DNA from: Pseudomonadaceae bacterium
GTDB lineage: Bacteria; Pseudomonadota; Gammaproteobacteria; Pseudomonadales; Pseudomonadaceae
Length of the DNA stretch: 24,000 nucleotides
Direction of reading: 5' to 3'
Assembly (NCBI GenBank): GCA_030602315.1
Contig: JAUVZY010000003.1
Span: forward strand, 59,537-83,536
The translations under genes and the position numbers were made by a program. The notes under the pieces were generated by a model. The model made no database searches. It worked only from the letters and a program-made list of their open reading frames with translations, and was not told the DNA's origin. This document shows positions 22,020 to 24,000 of the stretch, piece by piece. Numbering within the stretch: position 1 is the first letter of the stretch; every line of letters starts with the position of its first letter.

Positions 22020-22846
22020 TGCAGGAGCTCGGACGGGGCGCCCTCACCAAGATGGCCGCCCGCCTGGACGACACCGTCCAGTACGCCTTTCGCCTCGATG
22101 ACGCCGAGCTGCCGGTCAACCCGTTGATCGGCAAGAGCGTTCGCCTCGAGTATCTCGGCGCCATCCACTGCACCCACTGCGGGCGCAAGACCAGGAAAAG
22201 CTTCAGCCAGGGCTACTGCTACCCGTGCTTCACCAAGCTGCCCGAATGCGACAGCTGCATTGTCAGCCCGGAAAAGTGCCACCACGAGCTGGGCACCTGC
22301 CGTGATCCGCAGTGGGGCGCCGACTTCTGCATGACCGACCACATCGTCTACCTGGCCAACTCGTCGGGGCTGAAGGTCGGCATCACCCGCGCTACCCAGT
22401 TGCCGACGCGCTGGCTGGACCAGGGCGCCAGTCAGGGCCTGCCGATCCTGCGCGTGGCCACCCGCCAGCAATCGGGGCTGGTGGAAGACCTGCTGCGCAG
22501 CCAGGTGCCCGATCGCACCAACTGGCGGGCGATGCTCAAGGGCGAGGCCGAGCCGGCCGATCTGAAGGAAACCCGCGACCGCATCCTCGACGTTTGCGCC
22601 GAGGGCCTGCTGGCGCTGCAGCAGCGTTTCGGCCTGCAAGCGATCCAGACGCTGGATGCCGACGTCGTGCAGATCCGCTATCCGGTCGAGGTGTACCCGA
22701 CCAAGGTAGCCAGCCACGACCTGGAGAAGACGCCGGTGGTGGAAGGCACCCTGATTGGCATCAAGGGCCAATACCTGATGTTCGATACCGGGGTCATCAA
22801 CATCCGCAAGTACACCGCCTACCAGGTCGCCGTCAGCGCCGCCTGA
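22019..22846 (+). CDS. DUF2797-like protein with N-terminal four-Cys zinc ribbon
   Basis: ATG 22019 shares its A with the upstream TGA (TGATG) and gives 275 aa (MQELGRGALTKMAARLDD...). The Cys cluster is CTHCGRKTRKSFSQGYCYPCF plus ECDSC. A later start at MAARLDD is possible. Confidence 0.8.
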   Translation: MQELGRGALTKMAARLDDTVQYAFRLDDAELPVNPLIGKSVRLEYLGAIHCTHCGRKTRKSFSQGYCYPCFTKLPECDSCIVSPEKCHHELGTCRDPQWGADFCMTDHIVYLANSSGLKVGITRATQLPTRWLDQGASQGLPILRVATRQQSGLVEDLLRSQVPDRTNWRAMLKGEAEPADLKETRDRILDVCAEGLLALQQRFGLQAIQTLDADVVQIRYPVEVYPTKVASHDLEKTPVVEGTLIGIKGQYLMFDTGVINIRKYTAYQVAVSAA

Positions 22847-22849
22847 GCC

Positions 22850-22928
22850 CTTGCAGGCGGTGCCGGGTGGCCTTCGCTCGAGGCCACCGTGCGCACCGAT
22901 CAAGGTGGGCCGAAGCCCCGCCTGCAAG
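22850..22928. repeat. Nested inverted repeats (REP-like structured element) between the DUF2797-like gene and pepN
   Basis: The outer 11-bp perfect inverted repeat is CTTGCAGGCGG (22850-22860) / CCGCCTGCAAG (22918-22928). It encloses a perfect 8-bp hairpin, GGTGGCCT-tcgctcg-AGGCCACC (22866-22888). The reverse strand reads CGCAGGAGCGGGGCTTGCAGGCGGGGCTTCGGCCC, reminiscent of Pseudomonas REP cores. Confidence 0.45.
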
Positions 22929-23011
22929 CCCCGCTCCTGCGTCAGCACCCTTGCAACTTGCCGCGCATCCTCCGAAGCTTGTGGGCTAAACGCTCAAGAG
23001 AGGGGATACCC

Positions 23012-24000
23012 ATGCGCACCGAACAACCGAAAGTCATTCATCTCAAGGACTACCAGGCGCCGGAGTACCTGATCGATGAAACCCACCTGACGTTCGAGCT
23101 GTTCGAGGATCGCACCCTGGTCCATGCGCGTCTGTTGATGCAGCGCAACCCCGCGCGCGGGGCCGGGCTGCCGGTGCTGGCGCTGCACGGCCAGGAGCTG
23201 GAGCTCCTCGAAGTGAAACTGGACGGCGAGGCTCTGCACCTGGGCGCCTACCAGATCGACGAGAACGAGCTGCGCCTGCAGCCGAAGGCCGAGCGCTTTT
23301 GCGTCGAAACCCGTGTGGTCATCCACCCCGAAAGCAACACCGCGCTGGAAGGGCTGTACAAGTCCGGCAAGATGTTCTGCACCCAGTGCGAGGCCGAGGG
23401 TTTTCGTAAGATCACCTATTACCTCGACCGCCCCGACGTGATGAGCAGCTTCACCACCAAGGTGATCGCCGAGCGTCAGCGCTACCCGATCCTGCTCTCC
23501 AACGGCAACCCGGTCGCCGCCGGCGACGACGAGGACGGCCGCCACTGGGCCACCTGGGAAGACCCGTTCAAGAAGCCGGCTTATCTCTTCGCCCTGGTCG
23601 CCGGTGATCTGTGGTGCGTGGAGGACAGCTTCACCACCCTGAGCGGCCGCGAGGTGGCGCTGCGCATCTACGTCGAGCCGGAGAACATCGACAAGTGCCA
23701 GCACGCGATGGACAGCCTCAAGCGCTCGATGAAGTGGGACGAGGAGGTGTACGGTCGCGAATACGATCTGGACATCTTCATGATCGTCGCGGTCAACGAC
23801 TTCAACATGGGCGCCATGGAGAACAAGGGCCTCAACATCTTCAACTCCAGCGCCGTGCTGGCGCGCGCCGAAACCGCCACCGACGCCGCCCACCAGCGCG
23901 TCGAGGCGATCGTCGCCCACGAGTACTTCCACAACTGGTCGGGCAACCGCGTCACCTGCCGCGACTGGTTCCAGCTCTCGCTCAAGGAAGGCTTCACCGT
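23012..24000 (+). CDS. pepN: aminopeptidase N, 5' portion (continues past the window end)
   Basis: ATG 23012 is preceded by GAGAGGGGA. The product starts MRTEQPKVIHLKDYQAPEYLIDETHLTFELFED and has the exopeptidase motif GAMENKGLNIFN and the zinc motif HEYFHNWSGNRVT (HExxH). The frame is open to nt 24000, so the ORF track has no entry for it. Confidence 0.93.
   Translation, partial: MRTEQPKVIHLKDYQAPEYLIDETHLTFELFEDRTLVHARLLMQRNPARGAGLPVLALHGQELELLEVKLDGEALHLGAYQIDENELRLQPKAERFCVETRVVIHPESNTALEGLYKSGKMFCTQCEAEGFRKITYYLDRPDVMSSFTTKVIAERQRYPILLSNGNPVAAGDDEDGRHWATWEDPFKKPAYLFALVAGDLWCVEDSFTTLSGREVALRIYVEPENIDKCQHAMDSLKRSMKWDEEVYGREYDLDIFMIVAVNDFNMGAMENKGLNIFNSSAVLARAETATDAAHQRVEAIVAHEYFHNWSGNRVTCRDWFQLSLKEGFT

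Noticed and set aside
19645-23932. A series of long - strand ORFs (19645-20769, 20708-21787, 21935-22948, 22994-23932)
   Set aside because: Each lies opposite a + strand gene with clear family motifs (PPP phosphoesterase, rhomboid, DUF2797-like, PepN). None shows any motif of its own.
1-24000. CRISPR arrays, toxin-antitoxin pairs or known defence-system genes
   Set aside because: I saw no regularly spaced direct repeats. I also saw no nuclease, helicase, ATPase, methyltransferase or reverse-transcriptase motifs outside the housekeeping genes listed.

Overview
This is a GC-rich chromosome segment (roughly mid-60s % by eye, not computed) with Pseudomonas-type gene content and order. The left block (1-7889, + strand) is truA (partial), trpF, accD, folC, a DedD-like SPOR protein, cvpA, purF and metZ. 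The right block (17017-24000) holds an ACC-deaminase/D-Cys-desulfhydrase-family PLP enzyme and a DUF1853-like gene (-), then nadK, a metallophosphoesterase, a rhomboid protease, a YeaC-like gene, a DUF2797-like gene and pepN (partial). From memory this matches the order PA3114 to PA3083 in P. aeruginosa PAO1. The middle (7923-17013) is the variable part. It contains a GspC-like/GspD secretin pair (- strand) with no other type II secretion gene nearby, and the secretin ends in a Pro/Ala linker plus a SPOR domain. It also contains a tRNA-Val(CAC)/tRNA-Asp(GTC) pair with a clear promoter and terminator, and cioAB (cyanide-insensitive bd-type oxidase) with an overlapping small membrane ORF missing from the ORF track. 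Finally it holds a membrane-anchored nitrilase-superfamily-like protein (-) and an uncharacterised 440-aa protein with a globular, coiled-coil and Cys-rich layout. I saw no CRISPR array, integrase, transposase or recognisable defence gene. Most long ORFs in the track that lie opposite these genes look like high-GC antisense artefacts. The best candidate for something new is the SPOR-fused orphan secretin/GspC module, followed by the coiled-coil protein locus. Neither can be called a novel system from sequence reading alone. Domain boundaries and identities were estimated by eye.
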